Of a DNA stretch of 64,000 bases, positions 1 through 12,222 are shown one piece after another (positions within the stretch are counted from its first letter, which is position 1; each line of letters opens with the position of its first letter). The position numbers and the translations under genes were made by a program. Source of the DNA: Trichonephila clavipes (Eukaryota); the NCBI GenBank assembly GCA_019973935.1, contig BMAU01016994.1, positions 944,762 to 1,008,761 of the forward strand. Reading direction: 5' to 3'. The notes beneath the pieces were generated by a model. The model was not told where the DNA came from and made no database searches. It worked only from the letters and a program-made list of their open reading frames with translations.

Positions 1-1166
1 ATTTTCAAATTGAGTCTTTCACAAGAAAATGTTACTTTTCTAAGAAAATAACCTAGAACAATTTTTCACAAATAGTTTGTATAGTTCTGTTTTCAAACAC
101 ATCTATTTCTTTTACAAATTAATGTTATTATTTCTGATACACATGAAAATATGACAAAAATTTCACCAAATTACAGTCGTCGCTAAACCTGAAAAAAAGT
201 TCGTTATTTGGAAAATTTCGTGAAATGGTGATTTATCTTTCAATATAGTTTAAAAACCACTTAAAATAAATTTAAAATTCACATAACTATACATTATTAT
301 AAAATTAATTGTTTCCATGCCTTCTTTTTTGTAAGTTAATATCTATTTATTTTACATACCTTACCTATAAAAGAATTCGTGGCTAGAAAAGCAGGGGGGA
401 AAACAACTTTGTTAAGAAATATATATATACTCAGTATTTCCAACTTTAAAAAGTACTTTTGTATTATGATTAACGAACTTTAATAACAATTTCCAATTTT
501 AAGCCTACAAGTAATTTTAAACATGCATATTTTATGACCAGTAATTTTAAGAATGCGTGTCCTTCAATTTAACTGCTGGTTAAGTCTATTGATTTTGTTT
601 GAGTGTTTTCGTTTAAAAAAAAAACGTTTTCTCTCATTCCTCGCATCTTTGCAGTGCACAAAATACCTCATCAGGTGTATTTTTTTTTACACAATTCAAG
701 TCTAATCGTTTCAAATGATTTTACTTGCTCATTACATCACGTGAAGGCCCAGAAATATTTCAAAAACAAAACCAAATCCCAAGATAAAAAGTTCGATAAA
801 TGGAAAATGCACCTAGCTATTGGGAGGTTATTTGACGAAGAAAATCATAAAATGTTCTTGGTTCCAGGAAAAAGTTCGCAACATGGAGGTTCGCTAAATG
901 GAGGGCCGATTATATTATATTTATAAAGAATTAATTTCCGAATTAAGCTTCCTTTTTATTACACTTCCTTAAGTTGGTATGGAATTGAAAACCTGTTTCC
1001 TTGTTGAATTTTAATAATTGTTCTTATAGATAATCCGAGAAAAAGAATGAATGTTGTTAAATTTGGAAACCTGGAACCTATGAACATTTTTAAAATATTA
1101 ACTTAAATGTTTTAAAAAACTAGCGAGAATTCTCAGATATAAATTTATATAAAACTTTTATAGAAC

Positions 1167-1168
<2 letters not shown>

Positions 1169-1203
<35 letters not shown>
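1169..1203. repeat. (TA)n microsatellite
   Basis: Uninterrupted run of about 17 AT dinucleotides is visible in the sequence. Confidence 0.95.
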
Positions 1204-1207
<4 letters not shown>

Positions 1208-1380
1208 ATCTTCAAAAAATTTCAAAATTATCTTGAACAGAAAAAAAAAATTTATTGAATAGAAAACCCTTTCATATCTTCCAAAATGAAAATCTGAGAA
1301 AAACACATTTAAAATTTGTAAAGGCATAAAATAGAAACTAATAATGTCTGTAAATCTCTAATTTTTAATACGTTTTTTCC

Positions 1381-2050
1381 AACTGAAGAAGGTTGTAAAA
1401 CAGCTTGTAATTTTCTATGAGACAAAAATTGTTTTAACCTATAATTATATCATATAGGAGCTAATCTCTGACTGCAATGTAATGGTATTAATAATAAATC
1501 ATTATTATTGTTGTTACTAAAATCAATAACTGTATGAATCACAAAACTTGAATTTTACTTTGCATATGCAGCACAGAATAAGTCTAATTGTCATACATCA
1601 CTTTGACACTATTGGTACTGCAATTCATGGTTAGCTGTTCTGTGATTAAGGTTTAATTTTTTTGATAAGTATGTAATTATCTTTTTATGGATCATGTCTA
1701 AGAAAAAGGATTTAAATTAATTATTTATATAGTTTCATTTTTAAAATTGGTCTTTTGAATAAAATAACGTAGTATATATATACATATACATTACATACAT
1801 TCAATAAATGCATACTAATCACTTGAATTAATGAAATTATATACTGATGTATAAAACAACACTTTGTTATAAGCAGATTTCAGTCTTTATTAGTATATGT
1901 ATTTTTATGTTACTAATAATTTTTGAATTGTGCGTTAATTGAAGATATTTAATTAACATAGTAACTCTTTTATAAATCAATACAAATTATTGTATTTTAA
2001 AAATATGAAGTAGCCAACGAGCTGATTCTTTGGGGGTGACAAAAAAAAAG
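1381..2050 (+). repeat. Dispersed repeat copy 1 with an A-rich tail, unclassified, possibly a SINE-like retroposon
   Basis: 1400-1620 aligns by eye with 8925-9130 (gagacaaaa..gttttaacct..ctactaaaatcaat..cttgaatttt). The tail at 1990-2050 (atatgaag..gctgatt..tttggg then poly-A) matches 9131-9195. Copy 1 carries about 370 bp of extra internal sequence. Confidence 0.6.
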
Positions 2051-2262
2051 AAAAAAAAATTCTTTGGGAGGAGTAGAAATTACTTTCAAATTTAAAGGAA
2101 ACACATCAACAGCTAAAATGCACAAGTTTTTTCTTGCATAATGTACGATGAGCAATAACAGTCTTTGAACAGTGAAGAAGGTCAAGCAGTCGTAAAAGCA
2201 CAAATTGGGCTTCTTCCCCCCACCTCCCCCTCAGGGGGCTCACCTTCTTTAGGTGAGTACAG

Positions 2263-2371
2263 GTTTCACGCTCCCGAGGTGCCCTAGTGATCTTTTCCTT
2301 CTCCCTAGGGGTTTACTGTCTTTGGTAAACACGGGCTTCACGAACCCGGGGAACCCTAGTGATCCTTCTCT
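2263..2371 (+). repeat. Tandem monomers in the LINE 5' UTR
   Basis: Two units share ttcacg..ccc(g)gg..ccctagtgatc(c)tt(t)tc, at 2263-2304 and 2334-2371. Confidence 0.5.
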
Positions 2372-3316
2372 ATTTTCGGCCCTTTTTCTTGCCATTCCAA
2401 TTTCCCTTTACTTCTTTTCACGTCCAGACCACAGACCCACATTGGACAATGAAATTTGTTCCAACTTTATTTTTTTCTGGTAAAAAATTTAATATTTTTT
2501 ACTACCGTATAATGGTTTATATTTTATATTACGTTCTTTTCATTTGATTTTCTTACATTTCTTTCAATATTTTGATTTTGTTGCTACTTTTATGTTTGAT
2601 TATTGATTTTGTTATTTTATTTGTGTTCAATTGACAATGCTTTTCTTTACTTATTATCTTTTCTTTTTCTGCCACGAAGTCCTGTGGCAGACCAGGACTG
2701 AGTGGAATGAAGTTGTGTCTGATGGGTTTTCACTATTGGTATGATGACACAACGGACTGCTCCCTGGGAAACCTGGCACTGGGAGCGGGGTTTTGAACTT
2801 TTGAAGACCTTTGGACTGGTGAGGTGGGGTCTTGGAGGAAGCGGCCATGTAGAGGGTACAGGAGAAAAGCTGAGTTTTGCGTCTCAGGCCGCCAGATAGT
2901 ACAGGAGCCCAGGGCAGCCTAACCAGCATGTCCTGGCTGCTCTATCAGCTGGTGTATAATCCCGCCTGTCTTGTAGTTCCAGGTGATGCCTGGATGGGGT
3001 CCTGCATTGCAGAGCGGGGGGCTCTCCCGAGGCCACTACTGGTTGCTGAATCTAGGGCTAGCCCTGCCAAACTAGTCCTCTGAAAATCATAAGGGATTCT
3101 CCTCCTTTCTCAAAAAAAAAAAAATTCAAAATAAATCCAAATAAGGAAAAAACTCAAAACGCATCTATTAAAACCCCCATCCCACCCTATCCAACTCACG
3201 ATGCTCGGCCCATGGATTCTTTGAATTCATGCCCGGGATTACCCAACCTTATTGACAACATTGCTAAATGTTCAAGCTTTTTAATTTTATCAGTACCAAA
3301 CTGCGAAATGGCATGA

Positions 3317-4597
3317 AAATCTTCTTTTGTTATCCACAAAGCTATAATAGGAATAGGTGGAGAACCGAAATCTATTAAAAAACTACGATCTGGTGACTTG
3401 CTAATCGAGACTACATCTGCATTACAAAGTAAATCTTTTTTGTTGGCTAAAACCTTTTTAGATTTTCCGTTAACCGTAACTCCTCACAAATCATTGAATT
3501 TATGTCGAGGTGTCATCTCCGAACCAGATCTTTTGTCTTCCTCTGAAGCAGAAATCTTGGAAGGACTTTCTGACCAGGGTGTTACCCAGGTCAGAAGAAT
3601 TTCAGTAAAAAAAGACTCATCCCTTTTTCCCACTAAAAATTTAATTCTAACTTTCAATAGCCCTAAATTACCATCAAACATTAAAGCTGGATACTTAAAT
3701 TGCAAAGTACGTCCATATATACCGAATCCTCTGCGCTGTTTTAAGTGCCAGAGGTTCGGACACTCACAAACTTCCTGCCGCGGTCAACTTACTTGCTCTA
3801 GATGTGCATCTGTTGGACATGCTTCCACAGATTGCAGTCTAGAGCCTAAATGTATTAATTACTTACAACCTCATCCATCAGACTCCAAATTATGCCCTAA
3901 ATGGAAAATAGAGAAACAAATACAGGAAATAAAAACAACTCAAAATATTTCTTACCCAGAAGCACGTAAATTAATAGTCCCACAGTTACCTCAAACCTAC
4001 GCTCAAGCTACCAAATCCTCTACTTTAAATAATTCTACCCAAACAGATGAAAATATAACTAAAATAAACTGTCCACCTTTAAAATTACTTGCACCACTAT
4101 CATCCAAACAAAGAACAAATATTCCTACTGCTATTGCCACATCATCCTCTGCCCAAACGCAACTGTTACCTTCCATTTCTTCAAAGAAATCTACTATATC
4201 AAATCCCCAGCCACCAACTCCCATGTCTAAGACAAAAGGGAAAATTAAAGAGCAACCATCTCAATTACATTGTCCCCGAAAAGATAACATAAAAATAGAC
4301 TTAATGTGCATAAAACCTACATCCAATTTAAAGAAAAATCCTGAAAAAAACTCATCCATAAAGATTGCGAGGGAACAAGATTCCCCCAATGAAATATCTC
4401 CCGTCTCCAAAAAATCTTGCAGACGGAAAACTTTTAAAACCTCGGATGCCATGGACACAGACGCTAATCCTTCTGACACGGATTACGTCACAGGTCTGGC
4501 ATCCAAAGAAGATGAGAGCCTTTTAGAGGCTGATTTTAAACAAGTGGCAGAAAATCCCTTAAAAGGGCCCCTTTCGCCAAGTTCGCCCAAAAAATAA
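3317..4597 (+). CDS. LINE ORF1, gag-like nucleic-acid-binding protein with CCHC zinc knuckles; no in-frame ATG, so the 5' end may be frameshifted
   Basis: The ORF track lists 3398-4597. The frame is open back to 3317 after a TGA at 3314-3316. It contains the motifs KKLRSGDLLIE, CFKCQRFGHSQTSC and CSRCASVGHASTDC. The track start codon is a TTG, not an ATG. Confidence 0.8.
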   Translation, partial: KSSFVIHKAIIGIGGEPKSIKKLRSGDLLIETTSALQSKSFLLAKTFLDFPLTVTPHKSLNLCRGVISEPDLLSSSEAEILEGLSDQGVTQVRRISVKKDSSLFPTKNLILTFNSPKLPSNIKAGYLNCKVRPYIPNPLRCFKCQRFGHSQTSCRGQLTCSRCASVGHASTDCSLEPKCINYLQPHPSDSKLCPKWKIEKQIQEIKTTQNISYPEARKLIVPQLPQTYAQATKSSTLNNSTQTDENITKINCPPLKLLAPLSSKQRTNIPTAIATSSSAQTQLLPSISSKKSTISNPQPPTPMSKTKGKIKEQPSQLHCPRKDNIKIDLMCIKPTSNLKKNPEKNSSIKIAREQDSPNEISPVSKKSCRRKTFKTSDAMDTDANPSDTDYVTGLASKEDESLLEADFKQVAENPLKGPLSPSSPKK

Positions 4598-4746
4598 CTT
4601 CCCTGGTTTCTTGGAACTGTCGTGGCTATAGATCGCATACAGATGACGTAAAACACATCGTACGTCAGTACCATCCAGTATGCGTAGCACTTCAAGAGAC
4701 TTTCCTGAAGTCTTGTCACACTACAAAGATACGTCGGTATGGTTGT

Positions 4747-7700
4747 GTGCGGAAAGACACGGAGGAACCCTCTGTGTCCGGAGGCGTATGTATTTTTACA
4801 TCCCTCGATGTTCCATCTAGTGCTCTGCCGCTCCGTACCTCGTTACAGGCTGTAGCTGTGAGAATCCACTCCACGAGCCTAATCACAATCTGCTGTCTTT
4901 ACTTGCCACCAAATACTGTTATCCACCAACATGACTTGAACAACCTGGTTGATCAGTTGCCAACACCCTTTATCATACTTGGTGACTTCAATGGACATAG
5001 CACTCTGTGGGGTAGTACGAAGACGAACCCTCGTGGCAGACAGATTGAACAGGTGCTTTCTGATCACTGTCTCTGTCTGCTTAATCACGAGGAACCAACG
5101 TACTTTCACAAACCAACACGATCCTTTCACACATTAGATTTGGCCATCTGCTCACCATCACTCTTACCTCATTTAAATTTGTCAGTTGAGAAGGGCCTCT
5201 ATAATAGTGACCACTTCCCTGTTATCCTTTCTCACGATTCTGATCCGGGTGGAAAAACCTTCCCACCTACGTATTCTTATAGTCGTGCAGACTGGGCCCT
5301 TTTCACGCAGTTGACTATAACTGATGCAATGGTCAAGACAGACAGTGTTGATACTGCTGTACAAGAAGTCACCAATGTTTTGATTGCTGCTGCTGATTTC
5401 TCAATACCAAAGAGTTCAGGTCATTCATTCCAACATTACAAACCTTGGTGGAATGCTGATTGTCAGACAGCATATAAGAACCAGCGGAAGTTATGGGGAA
5501 TCTTTCGCAGATATCCCACTACGGAGAATCTCTTCGGGTTCAAAAAGGCAAAAGCAAATGCTCGCAGAGTAAGGCGTCGGAGTCGGAGGCAATCATGGAT
5601 TCGATATGTGTCCTCACTCAACTCGTCAACGTCCAGTAAACAATTATGGAAAAAGGTCAAGGCAGCAAACGGGATATATTGGGAATTTTCCTTTCCTATT
5701 TTACAAACATCAGACTCTGTCTTTTCTTCCCCAGACGAAATAGCTAATATTCTGGGTGAAACTTTTCAGAGTGTATCGAGTGCAGCCTCTTATAATTCTC
5801 GTTTTCTCGAGATTAAGAGGCAATCAGAGCGTACCCCGATTAATTTTTCCACTCGTTCCTTTTTTCCATATAACTGTGATTTTACGATTACTGAGTTACA
5901 AAAGGCACTCACTCAAGCGCACAATACAAGCCCTGGATCGGATGGAATCACATACGCGATGCTCCGTCATCTACATCCAAACTCTCTGGCCAACATTCTT
6001 TTTTTATTCAACAGAGTTTGGAAGGAGCATTGCTTTCCCTCCAGCTGGAGGGAGGCCATTGTGATTCCAATCCTTAAGCTGGGCAAGGTGGCAACAGATC
6101 CTCTGAGTTACCGTCCCATTGCTCTGACGAGCTGCTTCTGTAAGACCTTTGAACGTATGGTTAATACTCGATTGGTATATGTTTTAGAGAAAGAAAAGTG
6201 TATTTCTCCTCTGCAGAGTGGATTCCGCAAGGGCCGATCCACTCTTGATAACCTCGTATTCCTAGAGTTGCAAATCAGGGATGCCTTTGTTAGGAGAAAC
6301 CACTTGGTTTCCCTTTTCTTTGATATAGAAAAGGCATACGACCGAACTTGGCGTTATGGGATTCTCCGTAATATGTATGATTTTGGCCTAAGGGGAAATC
6401 TTCCTATTTTTATTTTTAACTTTTTAGCTGTTCGTTATTTTAATGTATGCATTGGTCACTCATCTTCTCATAAATTCATTCAAGATCAAGGTGTTCCTCA
6501 GGGTAGCATTTTGAGCGTTACCCTTTTTAATATTCATATGAGTAACATACTTCATCAACTTCGACCTTCAGTATGAGGAATGCTTTATGTTGACGATCTG
6601 CAGGTCTCTTGTCAAGGTTCAGATATGCGACTAATTGAGCGACAGCTGCAAACAACTGTCAATCGATTAGTTCAGTGGTGCGATCAGAATGGACACACGA
6701 TATCTCCATCCAAGAGCAGCTGTGTCCATTTTTGCAGGAAACGTAATCTACACCCAGATCCTTCTATTCATATAGGACATATTCAAATACCTGTCGTCAG
6801 TGCGGTGCGCTTCCTCGGAGTAATCTTTGACTGCAAATTGACTTTCCTTCTGCATGTCCTTTACTTGCGGAAGAGGTGTGAACGATCCCTCAACATCTTA
6901 AAGGTACTATCAAATACCTTATGGGGAGCGGATAGAGTCTCGTTACTCCGAGTGTACCAAGCACTAATACTTTCACGTTTGGACTATGGTTGTGTAGTGT
7001 ACGGTTCTGCTCGTGCGTCTGTCTTAAAACAATTGGACACAATACATCATTCTGCTCTAAGAATCTGCTCTGGTGCCTTCAGAACTTCACCTGTTACCAG
7101 CTTGTATGTGGTATGCCACCAACCACCTTTAGAACTAAGGCGGAGGCAATTATGTGCCAATTATTTTATTTGTGCTATGTCTGTTCCTTCTCATCCATTA
7201 AAACCCTTTGCTCTTGCCATTGGTCTCAACCGACTCTATGAGGCCCGTTCATTTAACATCAAACCTTTTTCGAAAAGAGCAAAGGCTGTTCTAAATGACG
7301 CCCACTTAAATAACATAAATATCCAGGAAAATAATATCCTTGCATTTCCACCCTGGGACATCCAAATTTTTAACTATCACAACCCCTTTTCGGGCTATGA
7401 CAAAGCAGGCACTGCCGATGTTATTTATCAGCAACTCTTTTCTTTTCATCGCAGTAAGTATTCTAAGTACATACCCGTCTTCACGGACGGGTCGAAGACT
7501 GCAGGACATGTTGGGTGTGGTGTTGTTTTTAAGAATACCATTTTAAGTTTTAGCTTACATAATTCCATGTCTGTCTTTAGTGCAGAATTAACTGCCATTC
7601 TTATCGCACTTCAACATATATTAATTTCCAACCACTGTCGTTTTTGTGTGTACACGGATAGCATGAGTGCTCTAGAATCCTTGCATTTTTTTAACAGAAC

Positions 7701-7764
7701 GCCGACACCCCACTGTGATCGAAATACTTCTTCTTCTGCAAAAATTGGAAAGGAAGGGTTTTGA
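4747..7764 (+). pseudogene. LINE ORF2 (endonuclease, reverse transcriptase, RNase H), interrupted by one in-frame TGA at 6574-6576 and frameshifted after 7764
   Basis: ORFs 4747-6576 and 6580-7764 are in the same frame (both coordinates are 1 mod 3). They are separated only by TGA followed by GGA, and the junction reads ..LRPSV*GMLYVDDLQ. The downstream frames still encode SWVPGHVGILGNEQAD and WQETWD motifs, so the C-terminus is frameshifted. Confidence 0.85.
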
Positions 7765-8440
7765 TATAATTTTTTCCTGGGTACCTGGACACGTGGGTAT
7801 ACTTGGTAATGAACAGGCTGATATACTGCTGCACGATCAATGTCTGATCACATGCAGCGGCCTGTCTGTTGCCAGGATTTAAAAACTTCTGCACAGAACT
7901 ATATCCATCGTGTATGGCAAGAGACTTGGGATCAAAACAGGTCCTCAACAAACTGCATAGCATTCATCCTTCCACTTCTCATTGGGCAGCACTACCAGTG
8001 CGAAGACACGATGTCCACTTGACTTGACTTCGCATTGGTCACACTCGTTTCACGCACAGGCACCTTCTGTTGGGTGAAAATGCCCCAGAATGTCCCTCGT
8101 GCAAAGTCCCATATTCAGTCTATCATATTTTAATAGATTGTCCCGTTTTTAACCATCATCGCGTCACCTTCTTTCATACATCTGTTTTAACCTTATCTGA
8201 CTTGGTGGGGAATCCCCCCACCGAAAACTTTTTGCCTTCCTTTTAAAGATTGGATTTTTACATTTAATTTAATTTGTATGTTTCTTTGTATTTTTAATAT
8301 ATTTTTATGTATGTATGCATGCATATATGTGTACATATATACTTTTAAACATATATATTTTTAAAATTATACAGCTTTTATTTTAACAAGTGTTTGGTGC
8401 AGCTTGGCCAAATTTGGCCCTTGCGCCACTAAACTTCACA

Positions 8441-8462
8441 TTCACTTCACTTCACTTCACTT
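8441..8462 (+). repeat. (TTCAC)n 3' terminal microsatellite of the LINE
   Basis: ttcacttcacttcacttcacttc sits immediately before the 3' copy of the TSD. Confidence 0.8.
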
Positions 8463-8924
8463 CCCCCACCTCCATTGTGGAAAACCAAGAGGGAGACACC
8501 AGATACTTTTTTTGTCCTCAGTTACTTCCCTAACCAGTTTATGTCGTCTAAAATCTAATTCTTAGTACACAGTTTTGTCGTATTTTCATAAATACCAGAA
8601 ATAATAACATAAATTTATAAAATAAGAAATGGAAATGTGGTTAAAAAAGATTATACCAATTTTATGAAAAAGTGCTCTAATGACCATTTTCACAGAAAAA
8701 TTACGTTTTCTTTTTAAAGATTTGTACTGAAACTTATTATGTTCTTGATGAGAGTTTCTTATAAGGCAATTCAGAAATTGAAATTTAAGTACAATTTATT
8801 TTTACCATCTACATTTTCTTAAACAGGATACCACATAATGTAGCTTATTTTCTGAGCTGTTATTGGTTACCTAACACACACACATGCGCAAAAATTAAAC
8901 AATATGTTTGAAATGAATTTGGAA

Positions 8925-9195
8925 AGGAGCTTATAATTTTCTTTGAGACAAAAGTCGTTTTAACCTACAATTATATTATTAAGAAGCTAATCTCTTATTA
9001 TTATCTAATGATGTTAACATCAAATAATTATTATTGCTACTAAAATCAATGACAGTGTGTGACTTAAAACTTGAATTTTCATTTACATGTACTACATAGA
9101 ATATGTCAGGTGTATTGTTATGCAACACTTTTATCATATATGAAGTGACCGAAGCTGATTGTTTGGGATAACAATAAATAAATTTTTTTTTGCTC
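8925..9195 (+). repeat. Dispersed repeat copy 2 (same family as 1381-2050)
   Basis: See the copy 1 entry. This copy also ends in an A/T-rich tail (aaataaataaattttttttt). Confidence 0.6.
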
Positions 9196-9789
9196 CCATA
9201 AAAATAATTTTTCTAACAGGCTTCAGTAGTAAAAGTATGAGTTAATAGCCATTTCCTTGAAATAATCGATTATTCTCACAAATATATCTTTTTATAAAAA
9301 CAAAAAAGTTGTTTGTGATGCTGTAATAAATTTATTTCTACTTAAGGTGAAGTTAATAAAAGAAACTACATCTTTACAACGACTATATGACTATAAATAA
9401 CACTTTTCAACTGCTTCTTTGATGTCACGCTTTTCGTCTCTCAATGATTGGAGATTCAAAGAGAAATAAAAGTCGCACACTTGATGAATTGTAGTGCGAT
9501 CTATAACAAATAATATTCATAAATGCATTGAAGAATTTAATAAAAATTAATTCATTACAGTAAAATTAAATGAAAAAAATTAATAAAATATTAAAAATTT
9601 TCATTTAAGTGCTATTTTTATTATTAAACAAGATTTTTTAAAAACAAAAATAGATAACAGGTTAATATGTTGTAAATTTTTAAAAGTTTATCGAAAATAA
9701 ATTTCAAAATTAAAAAAACTGATTTTGTAAAATATAATTAATTTAGTAAAATGTACTTATAGCTTTCCAACGGGTATCGCAAGATTGTC

Positions 9790-10080
9790 TTAGAGCAATG
9801 GTGCACAAAAGGAGGGTGTCCTAGGGGTCCGACCCCCCAAAGCCCTTGATTTTTTTCCGATTTATTATAATTCCAAGTATATAGTACGTAAAAATTTAAT
9901 TAAGTATTTGTTATTAATGATTCATTCTATTAATTAATGCTAATTATTTATTCAATAATTAGCTTTTTGCTGTTTTATGTTCCCGAAAATAGACAATCAA
10001 AAAGGAGCATGTTACAAGAATGGTGGACTTTCCCCCCCCTCTCCTTGAAAAATTCCTGTGTGCGCTTTGTCTTAGATTAA
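9790..10080. mobile_element. MITE-like non-autonomous derivative of the piggyBac-like element at 41151-43843
   Basis: The left ~150 bp (caatggtgcacaaaagg..cccttgattttttt..ttattataattc..aatttaattaagtatttgttattaat) matches 41151-41290. The right ~70 bp (cccctctccttgaaaaattcctgtgtgcgc) matches 43800-43843. Confidence 0.6.
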
Positions 10081-10374
10081 AGCTTAAATGCTTATGTAGA
10101 ATTTCCCATCTTTGTAGATGCAGAAAATAAGCATAGAAATATTATTTACTCCCAATTTTTATAGTACATGTTACTGGAAGTGACATCACAAACTAAAAAA
10201 TTAAAAGATGATAGGCAAGGTGATAGGTTTAGAGCAATTATTCTAGAGAGAGAGATCTTACACCTTTATTTTTCCATTTAATATTGCTATCCTTTTGTCA
10301 CATACCGACAATTCAAATCTAATTCTAACTCTCTTATCCTTTTCACTAGAGTTTTTGCTATTCCTGGTGGCCGC

Positions 10375-10570
10375 AGTAACTTAGTGGTTGTGGTCACGAA
10401 CTCATGGCTTGAGTGTCGTGAGCTCAAGTCCTGTTGCCACTAAAGACGCGCCGTGTAGATGAGGCCATTCCTCCTGCTGATGTGGTAGTTAGGAAAGTGG
10501 GGTGCCTGCTCATGTGTCCTCCTCGTCATGCAACCTAGGTTTCTGATCAATAGCCCTCTTTTTGCTTTGT
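10375..10570 (+). repeat. Possible tRNA-like SINE fragment
   Basis: The region has a GC-rich tRNA-like head (gtaacttagtggttgtggtcacg .. gagctcaagtcc) unlike the surrounding AT-rich DNA. The evidence is weak. Confidence 0.25.
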
Positions 10571-10599
10571 AGAGCAACGTTAGACATCAAATGACCATT

Positions 10600-10990
10600 C
10601 CGGATTTTTCACCCACTAATAAAGTATACACTCCACAACAATTGTCTTCAAACTGTGTTCCACGGAACCCTGGAGTTCCATGATACGTGCCCAGGGGTTC
10701 CACGAGTCACAATAAATAAATCGAAAAAAATTATAAATGTGTATGCAAAATGGATTCGCGTTCTCTATGAAGTTTGTATCCTCACAAGAATTTAAAACTT
10801 ATTCTTGTCATTAAGAAACTGAAAATTTTGTTTCAACATAATAACTTTATTTTGCAATACTTTTTAAACTTTTATTATATTATAATAAAAGATATATTAA
10901 AATGTGTTTTATTTATATATATTACCTAATAGATTGTAAAAATTTTATTGTTTACTATCCCGGGTTCCACGAGATAATTGTATACTCGTT
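10600..10990. repeat. MITE-like repeat sharing terminal sequence with the MITE end at 57033 (ttc.caaactgtg..cc.gggg..cacgag)
   Basis: 10636-10700 resembles 57033-57085. A subterminal direct repeat gggttccacgag occurs at 10688 and 10966. Confidence 0.35.
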
Positions 10991-11572
10991 AGTACAACGT
11001 CTTGCAAAACTAAATAGTTTTCCATTGGAAAGTGCCCCTTTTGACATATGTTGGGAAAACACCTACAATAAGGGAGAGGTAACGACTTATCGACCTATCA
11101 ACAGATTTGATGTCCAAACTCTAAATTCAAGCAAGAAAAGCTCCTAAATTTTTTGTTGCAAATTCATACTAAATACTCAGTATTCCTCTAAACATTTTAA
11201 TGCCGTTCATAACAATGTGTATAAGTGAAAAATATTTCTTGGCATAAGTGGTTACAAAAACAAAGTATAGAAATAAATTAAGATTAGAATATGTAATGCG
11301 ATATTGCAGTTAATTTCAATGGGCTTAGACTTCCAACGGTTTGTGAGAAAAAATCAAGCATACATTCTAGTAACTATACATATTGCATGGGTGGGTGAAA
11401 CCTGGATCACAGATTAATATTATTAATAATCGGTTTAATTTCGAATCGAAAATTTTTAATAATCGATGCAATGCTTTTTTTAATTGCCTTTACAAAAAAG
11501 TGTGTGTGGCATAGGGTTCGACAAAAATACTTTCTAGTTCTAGGGACTCCACAAAAAGACCTAGTTCTAGCT

Positions 11573-12222
11573 CAGTGGTGGCCAACCTGTGGCCCGGTGA
11601 AGTTGTAACAGGGGCGCGCGAAGACATACCGAAAAATTAAAAGAAATTTGAATACATAATAATGAATAATTTCTACAATTTTATTGAAGTGGGGTTGTCT
11701 CAGACAAAAGTCTCAAAATTTGGATCAAAATATGTTTGTGTGAATAAATGTTTTCTGCTATGAACATAATAAAATAAATATTACTTATAACTAGCTGATA
11801 TACACCTATAATAACCTAATTTTGTTAGCATCTGCAAAAGTTAATCCTAATATAGATGACTTGGTAAAAGAAAAAAAAGGAATAATCCAAAAGCGACATT
11901 AAGTAAATACTAACTCTGTTTAATAATTACTTAAAATTAAACATTTCAAGTTACTAATTTTTATTTTGTACCTAACTTAACTCAATTGAACCTGTAAAAA
12001 GTTTATTAACAATAAAACCTATATAAATTTGCACTTCATCTTATTTTTAAATTTCCTGCATTAAAAAAAAAAGTGCTATTTGCGTAAAAATTCCACAATA
12101 AGCCTACAAGTAACATTTTTTTTACTTTTCCATATTTGTTTGATGGATGTGTTGGAAGTGGCACTCATTATTATTTTTTATCAAATTGTGGCACTCTTCT
12201 CAAAAAGGTTGGCCACCCGTGT
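11573..12222. mobile_element. Tc1-like MITE (~650 bp) with CAGTG termini
   Basis: The left end reads CAGTGGTGGCCAACCTGTGGCCCGG. The right end reads GGTTGGCCACCCGTG, which is its reverse complement with one mismatch. There is no coding capacity. Confidence 0.6.

Larger units (their letters stand above)
2228..8460 (+). mobile_element. Non-LTR retrotransposon (LINE), RNase H-containing type (I/R1/LOA-like), nearly full length
   Basis: It has a gag-like ORF1 and an ORF2 with AP-endonuclease, reverse transcriptase (FRKGRS, YVDDL) and RNase H (FTDGSK) regions. A degenerate C-terminal cysteine motif (CPSC..H..C) lies near 8090-8160. The 3' end carries a (TTCAC)n tail at 8441-8462. The element is flanked by ttccccc(c)acctcc at 2214-2227 and 8461-8473, which I read as a 13-14 bp target-site duplication. 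Confidence 0.85.

Noticed and set aside
603-926. ORF 603-926 (107 aa) and other 60-110 aa ORFs scattered through AT-rich intergenic and intronic DNA
   Set aside because: They are low-complexity and lysine/phenylalanine-rich, as expected by chance in ~30% GC DNA. They show no splice context and no recognisable domains.
3484-5137. Antisense or overlapping small ORFs inside the LINE (3484-3705, 4003-4224, 4261-4479, 4483-4719, 4879-5130 and others)
   Set aside because: They are short alternative-frame ORFs inside the ORF1 and ORF2 coding sequence with no motifs.
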